Origin: Iphione sp. A-MEVVRFRX5
Taxonomy: Eukaryota
Assembly: GCA_976226885.1 (NCBI GenBank)
Contig: OZ320317.1
Location: forward strand, 82,894,001-82,958,000
Reading direction: 5' to 3'
Length of the DNA: 64,000 nucleotides
The position numbers were made by a program, and so were the translations under genes. A model generated the notes under the pieces. That model was not told the DNA's origin, did not search any database, and saw only the letters and a program-made list of their open reading frames with translations. Positions 62,802 through 64,000 of this stretch are shown piece after piece; positions within the stretch are counted from its first letter, which is position 1; every line of letters starts with the position of its first letter.

Positions 62802-64000
62802 CTGAAATAGACAATTTGAACATGAAGTTCCCAGTAATCATCCTTATGCAATGTCACAGCGACGAATAGATTAATTTACTCTTGAGGCCTTTGGTGTCCT
62901 CTCATCGATTTTTTTAAAACTGCAAATACGGTCAACTCATCTCCGGCAGATAAACCTGGCAATACATATTTGTATTGCAGGTATATCAGTGCTACTTCTG
63001 TATCACTTTCACATAAGTCCTTATATGGCCAACGTTCACTGTGGTATCCTGCATCTTTTAATTGACTGATCGCATGTTTAATACATACGTTCTGTAGTTA
63101 ACATCATAAGGATGTTCTTTTGGCACGTGACTCTGACAGCTCAATGATCTGTCGGTGCAATCAGTAAAAGTTGTGTCAGTGCTACCAGTTTCTCCCATTG
63201 TTGCTATGATACGTGCTATCTGTCAACTGTGATGTTGGATGATTATCAGTCCATTTCATTATACATGTATATATATTTAGTACTGATGAATGTGTTTGGA
63301 CCTAGCTGATGGAGATAAATAACGCTCAACAATATCGAAGGTTGAATGCAACCATGGAAAGAGGTCATAAGATGTGGTGTTTCCTTGACAGCGGGGCAAA
63401 CCTCAAGAAGCAAAACCCATCACAGAAATTGATAATTATGTAGGTGTAGTGAAATCCTGTCAATCTGGAAGACTCTAGTTTCTACACAAATATTAGGAAG
63501 AAGGAGAGAAGTACATGTACATGTACATGTATTTTCGGTTCCTGTCATACTTCCGAGGTGTTGAAATGCGAGAGGGGCTCTTAAGATACAGTTTGTGTGA
63601 TGTCAGGCTTAACAAATGGCACTGCGTATGCAAATATTGGTGAGCATCGTATTAGAAAAATATAGGATAAGTAGATGTTTCCACTGTACATGGTTTGTCT
63701 ATGGGATCGACACTATGACTCGACATGCAGTAAAATGGGAAGTGAAAACATAATCAGTCTAACACTGTCAGTCATGAGATTGCGGTTCGGTCCAACACAG
63801 TAGAGTACCAAATGCCCCTGACGTGATCTTAAAACACATCTACCTTTTTAAGAGACATCGTGCCATTTCTGTAAAAAATCTTAGCATACTTGATGATTAG
63901 TGTGAATCAAGGAGAAGTACTCTGATGATTAGCTAGCCTATTGGTACCAACTCTGAGTCTTTCCAAGCTTTCAGCCTAAAAGTGTCCAGGTAAACAATCT

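Overview
AT-rich, intron-containing eukaryotic genomic DNA, most likely from an invertebrate metazoan (frequent TACATGTA, marine-invertebrate-type repeats). Four host genes can be reconstructed by hand. (1) The 5' five coding exons of a transglutaminase (- strand, runs off the left edge). (2) A GC-rich, largely single-exon C2H2 zinc-finger gene (- strand, 22.8-24.6 kb). (3) A complete 7-exon TMEM231 (+ strand, 30.3-36.9 kb), head-to-head with the zinc-finger gene. (4) 17 exons of the SAC1/SACM1L phosphoinositide phosphatase (- strand, 47.3-62.8 kb; first coding exon not found). TMEM231 and SAC1 each carry a textbook U12-type (minor spliceosome) intron, and SAC1 also has a GC-AG intron. TMEM231 has an in-frame duplicate of its last transmembrane/tail segment right behind the stop codon. 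Mobile DNA: a 5'-truncated LINE with an uninterrupted RT ORF, a DIRS-like gag remnant, a Penelope-like GIY-YIG remnant, a non-autonomous piggyBac, a tRNA-derived SINE, and several TA-flanked MITEs, some sharing a 31-bp minisatellite. Exon-like segments at 6.5-21 kb and 38-39 kb suggest further genes I could not identify. I found no clearly new biological system; the findings are splicing, structural and TE oddities. All homology calls rest on motif recall, not database searches.
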